NCBI GenBank assembly: GCA_963695875.1
Contig: CAVOID010000008.1
Location: 229,169-293,168, forward strand
DNA: 64,000 bases
Direction of reading: 5' to 3'
Origin: an uncultured delta proteobacterium
GTDB taxonomy: Bacteria > Desulfobacterota > Syntrophia > Syntrophales > UBA2185
Of this stretch, positions 53,325 to 63,584 are shown piece after piece. The notes beneath the pieces are model-generated. The model saw nothing but the letters and a program-made list of their open reading frames with translations. It was not told the DNA's origin and did no database searches. The position numbers were made by a program, and so were the translations under genes. Every line of letters starts with the position of its first letter. Position 1 is the stretch's first letter.

Positions 53325-54026
53325 TTACTCAATTGACATCAAAGACTGCCACCTTTCCCACTCGGTATGATATGGAAGGCCATTCTTTTTTAAAAGCCCA
53401 ATAATACTTTTTTCATTGAAACGTAGGTACGGATTAACTTTCATTTCATCCATTAGAGTTGAAAAAATATGCTCTGATCTGTAGTTATTTAGAAAAACAT
53501 CTATATATTTGTTATCCGGTTCCAGCTTTCTTGCAAAGGTCATCGCATCATACACGTAGTCATGGCCTGCATAAATTATAGTATCAACAGGTAAAGCTTT
53601 GATTTTCTTTATAGAATGATAGAAATTTTTCAAATTGCCCGAAAAACAATTTCCAATAGTGCCATTGAATAGCGTATCTCCCGCAATTAGAATGCTGTCC
53701 ACATGAAAACAAATGGAGTCATCCGTATGTCCTGGCGTTTTATAGATATTGATAGTTTGTCCTTCTAATTCTATGCCTCCCGTGTTAATGATTTCTTCAT
53801 ATCGTAGAAGTCGAGCATTTGACCGATCAAGGAGGGCGCTGTTCCCGTTTGTATGATCAGGGTGTCTATGAGTATTTGTAACAAAAAGAAGATTTAACTT
53901 CTGGCTATCCATAAAAGAGAAAATTCCCCCGATAGCTCCACCATCAATGGCCAAGGCATGATTTTCCCCGTATATAAGATAACCTAAATTATCTGAATTA
54001 TATCGAAATTGTTTTACTTTAAGCAT
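53325..54026 (-). CDS. gloB: Hydroxyacylglutathione hydrolase-like metallo-beta-lactamase
   Basis: DNLGYLI, THRHPDHTNGN, TPGHT, GDTLF, GHDY and NPYLR. Confidence 0.8.
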   Translation of the reverse strand: MLKVKQFRYNSDNLGYLIYGENHALAIDGGAIGGIFSFMDSQKLNLLFVTNTHRHPDHTNGNSALLDRSNARLLRYEEIINTGGIELEGQTINIYKTPGHTDDSICFHVDSILIAGDTLFNGTIGNCFSGNLKNFYHSIKKIKALPVDTIIYAGHDYVYDAMTFARKLEPDNKYIDVFLNNYRSEHIFSTLMDEMKVNPYLRFNEKSIIGLLKKNGLPYHTEWERWQSLMSIE

Positions 54027-54294
54027 TGACCGAATATAATTAAATAAAGAAATTTTGATTTATCGCTTCGCAAAAATTACACTAAAATAAGATAAATTAA
54101 AAACACTTTTAAATATTGACAACATACTGACATTATACACAAATGTTACATTAATTTTGCAGAAACGGCTCTCGACAAATACAATGATATTTTAGTTAAT
54201 TTTATAGCATGTCATGTCAGAAAGAAACAAGAGACAAAAGTGGGTATAAACAATCAGTGAATATTAATAGTACGTTTATACCCTTTTAAGGAGA

Positions 54295-55425
54295 ATGTCA
54301 TTGATAACGAAAATATGCGAACTGAATGAAATCCAAGGCAATCCTTACGAGTACGCAAGAAAGTATAAAGAGCAGTGTAACAAGAAAGTTGTTGGTTACT
54401 TATGTTCCTACACCCCTGAAGAATTAATCTTCGCAGCCGATGCCCTACCCTTCAGGCTTTTTGGAACAAGAGAAAATATTAATAGGGCCGATACATATTT
54501 GCAAACATATTGCTGCTCCCTTGTAAGAGGTACCCTCGAAGAGGGTTTGTCAGGGAATTTGGATTTTCTGGACGGTGCCGTCTTCCCCCATACCTGTGAT
54601 TCTATCCAGAGATTGTCAGATATCTGGCGTTTGAATGTACCTCTGCAATTTCACATTGATGCTGTGCTACCGCTGAAACTGGACACTGAAAGTTCCAGAG
54701 AGTACATGGTCGATGTCCTGAGGAAATTTAAGATGGACTTGGAGAAGAATTTATCAATAGAGATCTCCGAAGAAGACCTCAGGTACTCCATTGCCATATA
54801 TAATCAAATTCGGGAGAGCATAAAGAAAATACACGCTATCAGGCATGAAAATCCTGCTATCATTAAAGGCAGTGAATTTTACACAATTATGAAGACTTCG
54901 ATGATCATAGACAGGAATATGCTCCCGAGGATATTAGGAGGAATTATCTGCGAACTGGAGGCAAGAAAAGGAAATGGTGCTATCAAAGATCATAAACGGC
55001 TTGTACTTACAGGAGGCATGTGCGATCATCCAGACATATATCAAATCATTGAAGATGCAGGTGGCGTTGTCGTATGGGACGATTTTTGTACTGGTTCGAG
55101 ATATTTTGAGGGGCTCATAAATCAAGGGGGTGATCCCGTAGTATCAATTGCCGAAAGATATTTAGAACGCATAGTATGCCCCGCAAAACATAACGGTCTC
55201 ACAAGTAGAGCTGAAAATATTATCGATATTGTGAAGAGCAAAAATGTCGACGGAGTTGTTTTTCTTTTTTTGAAGTTCTGCGATCCTCATGCATTTGATT
55301 ACCCATATCTAAAAAATCATCTGGACAAGGCTGGTATTCCAAATACGATAATTGAAATGGAGGATCAATTTTCTCTAGGGGAGCGATTAAAAACAAGATT
55401 TGAAGCATTTATAGAGACATTATAG
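54295..55425 (+). CDS. 2-hydroxyacyl-CoA dehydratase / benzoyl-CoA reductase subunit family (HGD-D)
   Basis: CSYTPEELI, YCCS, PHTCDSIQR, DDFCTGSRYF, KFCDPH and TRFEAFIE. Confidence 0.88.
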   Translation: MSLITKICELNEIQGNPYEYARKYKEQCNKKVVGYLCSYTPEELIFAADALPFRLFGTRENINRADTYLQTYCCSLVRGTLEEGLSGNLDFLDGAVFPHTCDSIQRLSDIWRLNVPLQFHIDAVLPLKLDTESSREYMVDVLRKFKMDLEKNLSIEISEEDLRYSIAIYNQIRESIKKIHAIRHENPAIIKGSEFYTIMKTSMIIDRNMLPRILGGIICELEARKGNGAIKDHKRLVLTGGMCDHPDIYQIIEDAGGVVVWDDFCTGSRYFEGLINQGGDPVVSIAERYLERIVCPAKHNGLTSRAENIIDIVKSKNVDGVVFLFLKFCDPHAFDYPYLKNHLDKAGIPNTIIEMEDQFSLGERLKTRFEAFIETL

Positions 55426-55597
55426 AAGAATCCTTATTAGCCATGGCTGTTTTAACAGTGGAATGTTATGCACTCCAGAAGAAGGTGCGAGCCTTAGTCT
55501 TTAGGCTCGTATGATATTCAAAGGCTCGTTAGGAAAAGGCAGGGATCTCTTCCCTAATCATTTCTGCCAATCAGTTTAATACCTCCAAATATAATAT

Positions 55598-55625
55598 TAA
55601 ATTTTTCTTGATAATTTGCCGATAT
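55598..55625 (+). promoter_or_regulatory. Sigma28 (FliA/SigD)-like promoter
   Basis: TAAA-N16-GCCGATAT. Confidence 0.4.
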
Positions 55626-55790
55626 ATAGTTGTAGTCGTGTTTTCTAATAGTGATATTATCATTTTAATAACCTTAATTATTTGCACAAAATATAAGCAA
55701 TTCAAGGACTTTTATCATTGCAAAAGGATTTTTAATAAAGCGATTGACGTTGTTCTAGTATGACTTGTGAATACTAATGACCATATTTAC

Positions 55791-55867
<77 letters not shown>

Positions 55868-56065
55868 ACATGATTTGTAAATATGTTTGTTGAATTACCA
55901 ACATTCCACGACTCTGTCAAGAATAATGAGAGATAATTATTTTTAAAATAGAATATTTGATAAGATCCTTGAATTCGACGTTGTCGTGTAGTAATAGTTA
56001 GCCTGTAAACGTGGTCAAAGAATCAAATTTAATGCTTTTCTAAAAGTGATTAGAATAAAGTTACC

Positions 56066-56641
56066 ATGAAACTTTCTGTCCTGATATCACTGGCTATACT
56101 CTTAACCAGTCCCTCTCTTGCATCTGCAGATATTTATAAATATGTAGACGCAGAAGGGGTTATCCATCTCACAAATGTTCCTACAGAAAGCGGTATCAAA
56201 TATACCCTTATAATGAGGGAAAAGCGCGTTATCTTTGATAGGAAGCTAGGTGAAGATATATCGAAATATGATCACTTAATCACAAAGGCATCGGAAAAAT
56301 ATAGTGTGGATCCAGCGCTTATCAAAGCTGTTATTAAGGCAGAATCAAATTTCAATCATCGAGCAGTATCCAAAAAGGGGGCAAGGGGATTGATGCAATT
56401 GATGCCTGCTACTGCTTCTTCGCTGCACGTACAGGACTCTTTCCATCCTGAAAGTAATATTGAAGGTGGTGTACGATACCTCCGCTACCTTTTAAACTAT
56501 TTCAGCGGTAATCTCCATTTGGCCCTTGCTGCTTACAATGCAGGTGAGAATGCTGTGATCAGGTACGGAGGCATTCCCCCCTACCCTGAAACTCAGATAT
56601 ACGTCCGGAGAGTCCTTAGTTACCTCGACAAATTCAGATGA
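56066..56641 (+). CDS. Slt-domain lytic transglycosylase with DUF4124-like N-terminus
   Basis: Signal peptide, IYKYVDAEGVIHLTN, AESNFN, GLMQLMP, AAYNAG and ETQIYV. Confidence 0.92.
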   Translation: MKLSVLISLAILLTSPSLASADIYKYVDAEGVIHLTNVPTESGIKYTLIMREKRVIFDRKLGEDISKYDHLITKASEKYSVDPALIKAVIKAESNFNHRAVSKKGARGLMQLMPATASSLHVQDSFHPESNIEGGVRYLRYLLNYFSGNLHLALAAYNAGENAVIRYGGIPPYPETQIYVRRVLSYLDKFR

Positions 56642-56690
56642 AAAATGAAACTGCCTTAGCCTAAATAATACAAATATTTAGCCATCAATT

Positions 56691-57266
56691 TTACGAAAGC
56701 TGATTAATGCACAAATACCTCTTCATCTTTGTGAATTTCTTCTCTTTAATCCCGCGTATCATCATCAAATCTTCAAGCTTTTTAAAGCTTCCTGATTTTT
56801 CTCTGAATTGAATAATTTGTGACGCCGTCTTCTCGCCTATGCCAGGAATCAGAATGAGATCACTAATTGTAGCCTTATTGACGTTAATGGGGATATTGAA
56901 TGCAACCTTATGGGCATTGCTCATTTCTTCTATTGTTAACCAGTTGCCTGATTCTATAACAACGGCATCTCCGGTTGAAAGTTCATTATAGAGGATTTTT
57001 TTGTCAAACTTTTCAAGATTCTTGATGCCGGCAGATGTTAGAAGATCACAAATTCTTACGTTGCCAGACATATGATAGATACCATTGAAGTCTGTATCAC
57101 CGACAATCGCAACGATCAGGCAGCCAGAACGTCTATCTCCGAAAGAAATGTTGTGTGAAGATACTTGAAGTTGTGAGAAAATAAAAGTTGCTGTATAGAT
57201 GACTACTGAGACGACAACAATTACAACCATTCCGTCAAGTTGTCTCTCTGTTATTCGCATAATCAT
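56691..57266 (-). CDS. comEA: ComEA-like helix-hairpin-helix DNA-binding membrane protein
   Basis: N-terminal TM helix; INVNKAT...IPGIGEKTA...IRGIKEK. Confidence 0.8.
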   Translation of the reverse strand: MIMRITERQLDGMVVIVVVSVVIYTATFIFSQLQVSSHNISFGDRRSGCLIVAIVGDTDFNGIYHMSGNVRICDLLTSAGIKNLEKFDKKILYNELSTGDAVVIESGNWLTIEEMSNAHKVAFNIPINVNKATISDLILIPGIGEKTASQIIQFREKSGSFKKLEDLMMIRGIKEKKFTKMKRYLCINQLS

Positions 57267-57328
57267 TCACAACTCTTTAGGACTTCATAAAAATACAATC
57301 CAAAATATTTTGATTATTTATAAGGTTA

Positions 57329-58546
57329 TCATTTTTTATCTAATCCGAAGGTATCATGCAGAGCTGAAACGGCGAGTTCTGTATATTTTGCCTGTATAAC
57401 GCATGAAATCTTAATTTCAGAGGTACTGATCATCATAATATTTATGCCTTCCTTTGCCAATGCCGTGAACATTTTTGCTGCAACCCCTGAGTGACTGACC
57501 ATGCCGACTCCTATGATTGATACCTTAGCAACGTCATCATCTACTTCTATCTTTTTTGCATCTATATCTTTTGCAACTCCCTCAATCAACTCATGTGATT
57601 TCTTTATATCTTTGCGTGAGACGGTAAAAGTTAGGTCTGTGTAACCGTCTATACTCACATTCTGTATAATCATATCTACTACTATATTATATTGAGCAAG
57701 TGGCGAAAACAAACGAGCAGCTATACCGGGCCTGTCTGGAACGTGAACTACAGTAATTTTCGCTTGATCACGATCATATGTTACTCCACATACCACTTCT
57801 CTTTCCATTTCCTCATCCTCCTTTGTTACCAATGTACCTCCAATTTCCGTAAATGATGATCTTACGTAAACGGGAACTTCATATTTTTTTGCCAGTTCGA
57901 CTGAACGGGGTTGAAGGACTTTAGCTCCTGCCCTTGCCATTTCAAGCATCTCATCATAGGAAATCTTACTCAACCTCCTTGCCTTACTGCATATGTTGGG
58001 ATCCGCTGTATAAACGCCGTCAACATCCGTGTATATATCGCATACATCTGCCTTTAGGGCCGCAGCGAGCGCAACTGCGCTTGTATCGGAACCACCTCTC
58101 CCCAGGGTTGTAATGTTATTTTCCTTATCCACACCCTGAAAACCTGCCACAACAACAATGGTGCCTTTCTTCAGTTCTTTTTTTATTTTTTTTGTATCAA
58201 TGTTGGAAATACTCGCCTTCTTGTAGACCTGATCAGTAAGGATTTTGACTTGAAAACCCAGAAAAGATTTGGCTCTATATCCCATTCTATTTATGATTAT
58301 AGAAAGTAAAGTGACCGTAACCTGCTCCCCTATGGAAATGAGGGCATCATACTCCCTTTCGTCGGGTTCATCAGATGCTTTTTGAGCTAAATGAATAAGT
58401 CTGTCTGTCTCGCCGGCCATAGCCGAAACTACAACAACAATATCATTTCCTTCTTCTTTGGTTTTTATTACTCTCTTTGCCACACTTTCTATCTTATTGA
58501 TGTCCGCGACTGAAGTGCCTCCATATTTTTGCACAACAAGAGCCAT
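57329..58546 (-). CDS. lysC: Aspartate kinase
   Basis: [28 protein letters not shown] and two ACT domains. Confidence 0.97.
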   Translation of the reverse strand: MALVVQKYGGTSVADINKIESVAKRVIKTKEEGNDIVVVVSAMAGETDRLIHLAQKASDEPDEREYDALISIGEQVTVTLLSIIINRMGYRAKSFLGFQVKILTDQVYKKASISNIDTKKIKKELKKGTIVVVAGFQGVDKENNITTLGRGGSDTSAVALAAALKADVCDIYTDVDGVYTADPNICSKARRLSKISYDEMLEMARAGAKVLQPRSVELAKKYEVPVYVRSSFTEIGGTLVTKEDEEMEREVVCGVTYDRDQAKITVVHVPDRPGIAARLFSPLAQYNIVVDMIIQNVSIDGYTDLTFTVSRKDIKKSHELIEGVAKDIDAKKIEVDDDVAKVSIIGVGMVSHSGVAAKMFTALAKEGINIMMISTSEIKISCVIQAKYTELAVSALHDTFGLDKK

Positions 58547-58549
58547 CCA

Positions 58550-59038
58550 CTAAAAACCTCCCCTTTTTAATGCATTTGAAATTTTAGCCACCTTCCCTTT
58601 ATCTCCGGATATTACTATCTCCCTCTTATTCTCATCAAGATACTTAAATGAAATAAACAGAGTTTGATCGGGAAGAATATTTTCAATTTTGTCAGCCCAT
58701 TCGATCACACTAACACCTTCTCCGAAAAAATACTCCTCATATCCCATATCTTCTATATCCCGAGTGCCTGTCAAACGATATAGGTCAAAATGGTAGAGGA
58801 TCACTCTTCCCTGGTACTCATTTATCAATGTGAATGAAGGGCTTGTTATCTGGTTCCCTTCCGGTACACCAATACCTCGAGCTATACCCTGAGTAAGGCA
58901 CGTTTTCCCTGTGCCTAACTCGCCGACGAGAGCAACAACATCGGAAACGGTTAAATTTTCTCCAATGGTCTTTCCGATAAAATAAGTTTCGTCCGGATTC
59001 CCGGAAACCAAAGTCAGATGTGAGTTATCCTCACCCAT
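58550..59038 (-). CDS. tsaE: t6A biosynthesis ATPase TsaE
   Basis: GELGTGKT, TSPSFTL, HFDLYRL and IEWAD. Confidence 0.95.
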   Translation of the reverse strand: MGEDNSHLTLVSGNPDETYFIGKTIGENLTVSDVVALVGELGTGKTCLTQGIARGIGVPEGNQITSPSFTLINEYQGRVILYHFDLYRLTGTRDIEDMGYEEYFFGEGVSVIEWADKIENILPDQTLFISFKYLDENKREIVISGDKGKVAKISNALKRGGF

Positions 59039-59154
59039 AGTATATAAGATATTTAAATATTTTTTCTGCTTTAAACCTGCAGTTTATTGTGAAATCCCAT
59101 CGTAAAATGAATATTTTCGTTTCGAGGAAAAACTGCTTTCATGTGCCGTCTTCC

Positions 59155-59532
59155 TCACTTCTCAAGGATGACGATAGCATGTGCATGTTGTCTCGTATGA
59201 GTTATACTTATGTGCATTGCAGTTATACCGAGTTTATCAAGATTATCTTTTATTCGTTCATGTATTTTCAGTATCGGACATCCCTGTGCATTGTTGATCA
59301 CTTCAATTTCTTTTAGTTTAACCCCCATACCCAGCCCGATACCGAGCGATTTAAGGAAGGACTCTTTTGCGGCAAATCTTGCCGCGTAATGCATTGCGGG
59401 AAAGGCCTTATCTTTACAGTAATCTATTTCGTTATTTGTATACACTTTCCCAATAAACCGGTCTCCCCATCTTTGCAGGATTTTATCAATTCTGGAAACT
59501 TCAACAAAATCTGTGCCTATTCCATGAATCAT
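59155..59532 (-). CDS. acpS: Holo-ACP synthase
   Basis: MIHGIGTD, AARFAAKES and HISITH. Confidence 0.95.
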   Translation of the reverse strand: MIHGIGTDFVEVSRIDKILQRWGDRFIGKVYTNNEIDYCKDKAFPAMHYAARFAAKESFLKSLGIGLGMGVKLKEIEVINNAQGCPILKIHERIKDNLDKLGITAMHISITHTRQHAHAIVILEK

Positions 59533-59551
59533 ATATAAAAGAATAATGCCG

Positions 59552-60778
59552 TTACGCCCTGACAATAGCATCAGCCATTGCAACAACCTTTTTCATGTCT
59601 TTTACATCGTGTATCCTCACGACATTAGTACCATTCATAATAGCAGCCGTTATTGCAGCGGCAGTTCCCTCCAAACGATCCAGAGGGCCACCACCGGTTA
59701 TTTTACCTATAAAGGATTTTCTTGATACGCCTGTCACGATTGGCCTACCCAGTACTTTTAATTCTGATAGATATTTCAGCAGTCGCATGGAGTCTTCACC
59801 CGTCTTGCCAAAACCAATACCTGGATCGATCATGATATTTTCGCGATTTATACCTGCTAATTGGGCTTTTTCCATTTTATCTTCAAGAAATTCAATTATT
59901 TCCCCCAGGAGTGATTTGTAGAATAAATCTCCTGTCTGCATGTTCTGAGGAGTTCCCCGCATGTGCATGAGAATAACCGCAGCTCCTGTATCAGCTATTA
60001 AATTGGCCATAGGTATATCAAAGCTCATAGCGCTTATGTCATTAATTATTTCTGCACCATTTTCGATAGCCGCTCTTGCAACCTCCGCCTTTGTCGTATC
60101 AATAGAAATCGGAATTTTTATACGACCGGCTAGCCCCTTTATTACGGGAACTACCCTTGATCTCTCTTCCTCAGCGGAAACTGGTTTTGCGCCAGGTCTT
60201 GAAGATTCTCCCCCGACATCAATAATATCTGCACCTTCTTCCACCAATCTTAAACCGTATTCAATCGCGTCCTCCGGCACATTAAAGAGTCCACCGTCTG
60301 AAAATGAGTCAGGGGTCACATTAAGTATTCCCATGATCTGCGTTCGCTCTCCTAATACTATTTCACTTTTACATGTTCTTAGGATAAAAAGATCCTGTGA
60401 AATATTCGCTAAGAGCTGCTTGATGGCCTTTGATAAGTTGCTTAGGCCTAATGGTTGAATTGAGATTTTATCAGAAAATCGCTGAATCTGTTTTGTAGTA
60501 CCCATGATAATGACATCAGTTTTCTCAACGCTGCATGACACTGAAGCACGTGAAACGGCAGCGTCCCCTCCAACGGAAAGCATCTCTTGTTTTATAATAT
60601 TCGCTATATTACACTTTATACCTTCAAGTAATATATTAAGGTGTGTCATCTTTGGCATCATCGCATCTATCCCATAGGAATCAACGCCAAGTTTCCTCAA
60701 TATATCTAGAGCCTCATATGATGACCTTAAATAGAGACATCTTAAACGATTATTCTTTGATGTTTTTCTTCCCATCAT
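59552..60778 (-). CDS. folP: Dihydropteroate synthase with N-terminal extension
   Basis: MGILNVTPDSFSDGG, GGESSRPG, DPGIGFGK, SRKSF and RIHDV. Confidence 0.96.
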   Translation of the reverse strand: MMGRKTSKNNRLRCLYLRSSYEALDILRKLGVDSYGIDAMMPKMTHLNILLEGIKCNIANIIKQEMLSVGGDAAVSRASVSCSVEKTDVIIMGTTKQIQRFSDKISIQPLGLSNLSKAIKQLLANISQDLFILRTCKSEIVLGERTQIMGILNVTPDSFSDGGLFNVPEDAIEYGLRLVEEGADIIDVGGESSRPGAKPVSAEEERSRVVPVIKGLAGRIKIPISIDTTKAEVARAAIENGAEIINDISAMSFDIPMANLIADTGAAVILMHMRGTPQNMQTGDLFYKSLLGEIIEFLEDKMEKAQLAGINRENIMIDPGIGFGKTGEDSMRLLKYLSELKVLGRPIVTGVSRKSFIGKITGGGPLDRLEGTAAAITAAIMNGTNVVRIHDVKDMKKVVAMADAIVRA

Positions 60779-60877
60779 CTATGAAATATATTGCAAATCA
60801 GTGACTGATAAATTTGATAGCTTTGAAATATTGTTTCGGCCGGTATACAACTATTATAAGCCATTTGGTAAATCATA

Positions 60878-60937
60878 AGATTGCCACGTCGCTGCCCTTC
60901 GCAGTGCTCAGGGCTGCAGCTTATCCCCGCAACGACA
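60878..60937. repeat. REP-like palindromic intergenic element
   Basis: GC-rich AGATTGCCACGTCGCT...CCCCGCAACGACA with an inner GCCCTTCGCAGTGCTCAGGGC hairpin, in an AT-rich spacer just after the ftsH stop. Confidence 0.5.
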
Positions 60938-60944
60938 TATTACC

Positions 60945-61377
60945 TCAGTTTATTGCCTTTTCTTGCAGTTCTAAATTTGCTGATCCCTCCCTCTCACCCA
61001 TTTTTAACTGTATAATTTTATCTAATTCAGCTGTATTTAAAACCTCTTTTTCAAGCAGCTCTGAGGCAATTTTATTTAGGATATCTATATGATCCGATAA
61101 CAGCTTCTTTGCCTTCTCATAGCTTTCTGAAACTAAGCGTGTTACTTCTTTATCAATTCTTCGAGCAGTTTCTTCACTGTAATCTTTGTGTACTGCAAAT
61201 TCACGACCGAGAAATATCTGTTCTTCTTTTTTTCCATAACTCAGCGGCCCCATCTCCTCGCTCATGCCCCATTCGCAGACCATCTTCCTTGCAAGGTTTG
61301 TCGCACGTTCGATATCATTTCCGGAACCTGTCGTAAACTCGTTCAAAATTATCTCTTCTGCTGCTCTGCCTCCCAAA
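60945..61377 (-). CDS. ftsH: FtsH protease, C-terminal fragment only (truncated at junction)
   Basis: LGGRAAEE, TTGSGNDIERAT, ARKMVCEWGMS and YSEETARRID; upstream of folP as expected; AAA domain absent. Confidence 0.93.
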
Positions 61378-62329
61378 CGGGTGGTTGTGGGCGATACGGA
61401 TATGGTCGCCTATTCTGGCGCCAGCGCTGGCGATAAGATCACCTACGTGACCAGTAAGGCCGTCCTCAAAGCCAGCGAGGATCTGTTACAACGCTTAAAA
61501 ACACGCGTGGCAGCAGCCCTGGAAGCGGCGCCACACGACATTGTCTACGAGCGCAAACGCTTCTGGGTACAGGGCTCTCCTGATCGTGTTATGATGCTGT
61601 CCGACATCGCGCAGCGCACGGTACGTGGCGACGACGCCATGATGGGCTATGGCAGCAATAGCGAGACCTTTAGCACGGTAGCGATTGCACCGAACGCCGC
61701 GGTGCATGTGGCCGATGTTGAGGTCGACCGCGACACCGGCGCCGTTACCATTCTCCAGTACACGACGTTTCAAGACGTGGGCCTGTGCGTCAATCCAGAT
61801 CAGGTCGAAGGCCAAATGCAGGGCGGCGCCACCCAGGGCATTGGCTGGGCCTTGTCCGAGGGGTATGCCTTTGACGCTCAGGGAGTGCTCGCAGAACGCC
61901 AACTTGCTCGATTACCGTATGCCTACCAGCCTGGACGTCCCACGCATTGCCACCAATGTCGTCGAAGAGCCGTCTGGTGACCACCCCTACGGTATTCGTG
62001 CCGTTGGGCAAGTCCCCATCGTGCCACCCGCGGCAGCCATTGCGAATGCCATCTACCGGGCCGTAGGCGTCAGGCTGCGGGAGTTGCCGATGACGCCAGA
62101 ACGCTTGCACCGGGCGCTGCAGCGCACTGGTGAGACCACCCCAGAGAGCGAGGCCCTGTTCAACGTTATCAGGCAATGTTACGGACACCGCTTGACCGCA
62201 GACGAGCTGGAGGAAGTGCGCAAGGGGGTGGCCGGCATCAGCCAGGCCGCGGCGGCGCTGCGCGCCGTCAGGCTCAACAATAGCGCTGAACCGTTCGCGC
62301 TCGGCATACCCTATCGCCAGGAGGGCTAG
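61378..62329 (+). CDS. Xanthine dehydrogenase/CoxL-family molybdopterin-binding subunit, C-terminal fragment (frameshift near 61890), running into a short helical extension
   Basis: VVVGDTD, DVEVDRDTG, VEGQMQGGATQGIGWAL, LLDYRMPT, AIANAIYRAVGVRLRELPMTPER. Confidence 0.85.
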
Positions 62330-62333
62330 CCTC

Positions 62334-63584
62334 GTGACGAGTCCCGTTGTCTTCATGCCTATACGGGAATTAAAGACCCTGGTGCGGACGCGTCAGGTGT
62401 CACCTGTCGAACTGGCCGAAACGTTTCTGGCGCGTCTGGAAACCCTGGGCCCCCAGTACAACGCGGTGGTGACGGTCACCCGGGAGCGAGCTCTGGCAGG
62501 CGAGGCAGGCGGAACGCGACATTGCTGCCGGGCACTACAAAGGTCCCCTACACGGTATCCCTTATGGCGCCAAAGACCTGCTGGCCACCTCCGGGGGCAT
62601 TCCTACGACCTGGGGAGCAGCACCTTTGCGCCACCAGAAATTCGATTATGATGCGACAGTCGTGGGCCGGCTTGCCGAGGCCGGGGCTGTCCTGGTGGCG
62701 AAGCTCGCCATGGTCGAACTGGCCGGTGGCATGGGCTATCGCCAGCCCCATGCGTCCTTCACCGGACCCGGGATCAATCCCTGGGACCGCACCACCTGGA
62801 GTGGTGGATCGTCCAGCGGCTCTGGTGCTGCCGTGAGTGCTGGCCTGGTGCCGTTTGCCATTGGCTCAGAAACCTGGGGTTCCATCCTCGGTCCCGCCAG
62901 CAATTGCGGCATCGCCGGATTGCGTCGACCTACGGCCGCGTCAGTCGCTATGGAGCCATGGCCCTGAGCTGGAGCCTGGACAAGCTCGGCCCTATGGGAC
63001 TCACTGCCGACGATTGCGGGCTGGTGTTGGAGGCTATTGCCGGCCCTGATCCCCTCGACCCGACGACTGCCAACCGACCGTTTACCTATGCCGCCGACCC
63101 CGCAGAGAAACGTTGGCGGCTCGGTGTGCTCAAAGATATCACAGCGAACGTTGACGAAGCCGTGCGCAACAATTTTGCGCAAACCATGCAGGTGCTGGCC
63201 CAAATTGCCAGTATCGAAGAGGTTGAGTTGCCGGCCTTGCCCTATGAAGAAATCACCCGCACCATCGTGTTTGCTGAAGCCGCCAGTGCTTTCGAGGAGT
63301 TTATTGAGAGTGGCCAGGCGACGGAGTTGACTGCTCCAGAGGACCACTATGGCCCGTATGTGCGTATGGCAGTGCTGGCGAAGGACTATATCCGTGCCCT
63401 GCGCTTGCGCGGCATTATCGCCAGACAGATGGACGCCGTCCTCGCTGGCTTTGATGCGCTGGTAGGGCCAGCGCGTGCCACGCCCGCTCCCCGGCTTGAT
63501 CAAGAGTTGCGCAGCGCTGCCGGGGGTACGGCCAGAGACATCATGGGTGCCATTGGCAACGGCCTCGGACTACCGGCCGATTAC
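62334..63584 (+). pseudogene. Amidase-signature (GatA-like) enzyme, interrupted near its 3' end by an IS; also frameshifted
   Basis: PLHGIPYGAKDL, WSGGSSSGS, GSETWGSI, TYGRVSR and SLDKLGP; reading ends at GLGLPA at the IS end. Confidence 0.85.

Noticed and set aside
61264..61980. 238-aa ORF as a novel fusion protein
   Set aside because: Its N-terminus is antisense ftsH read across the apparent chimeric junction.
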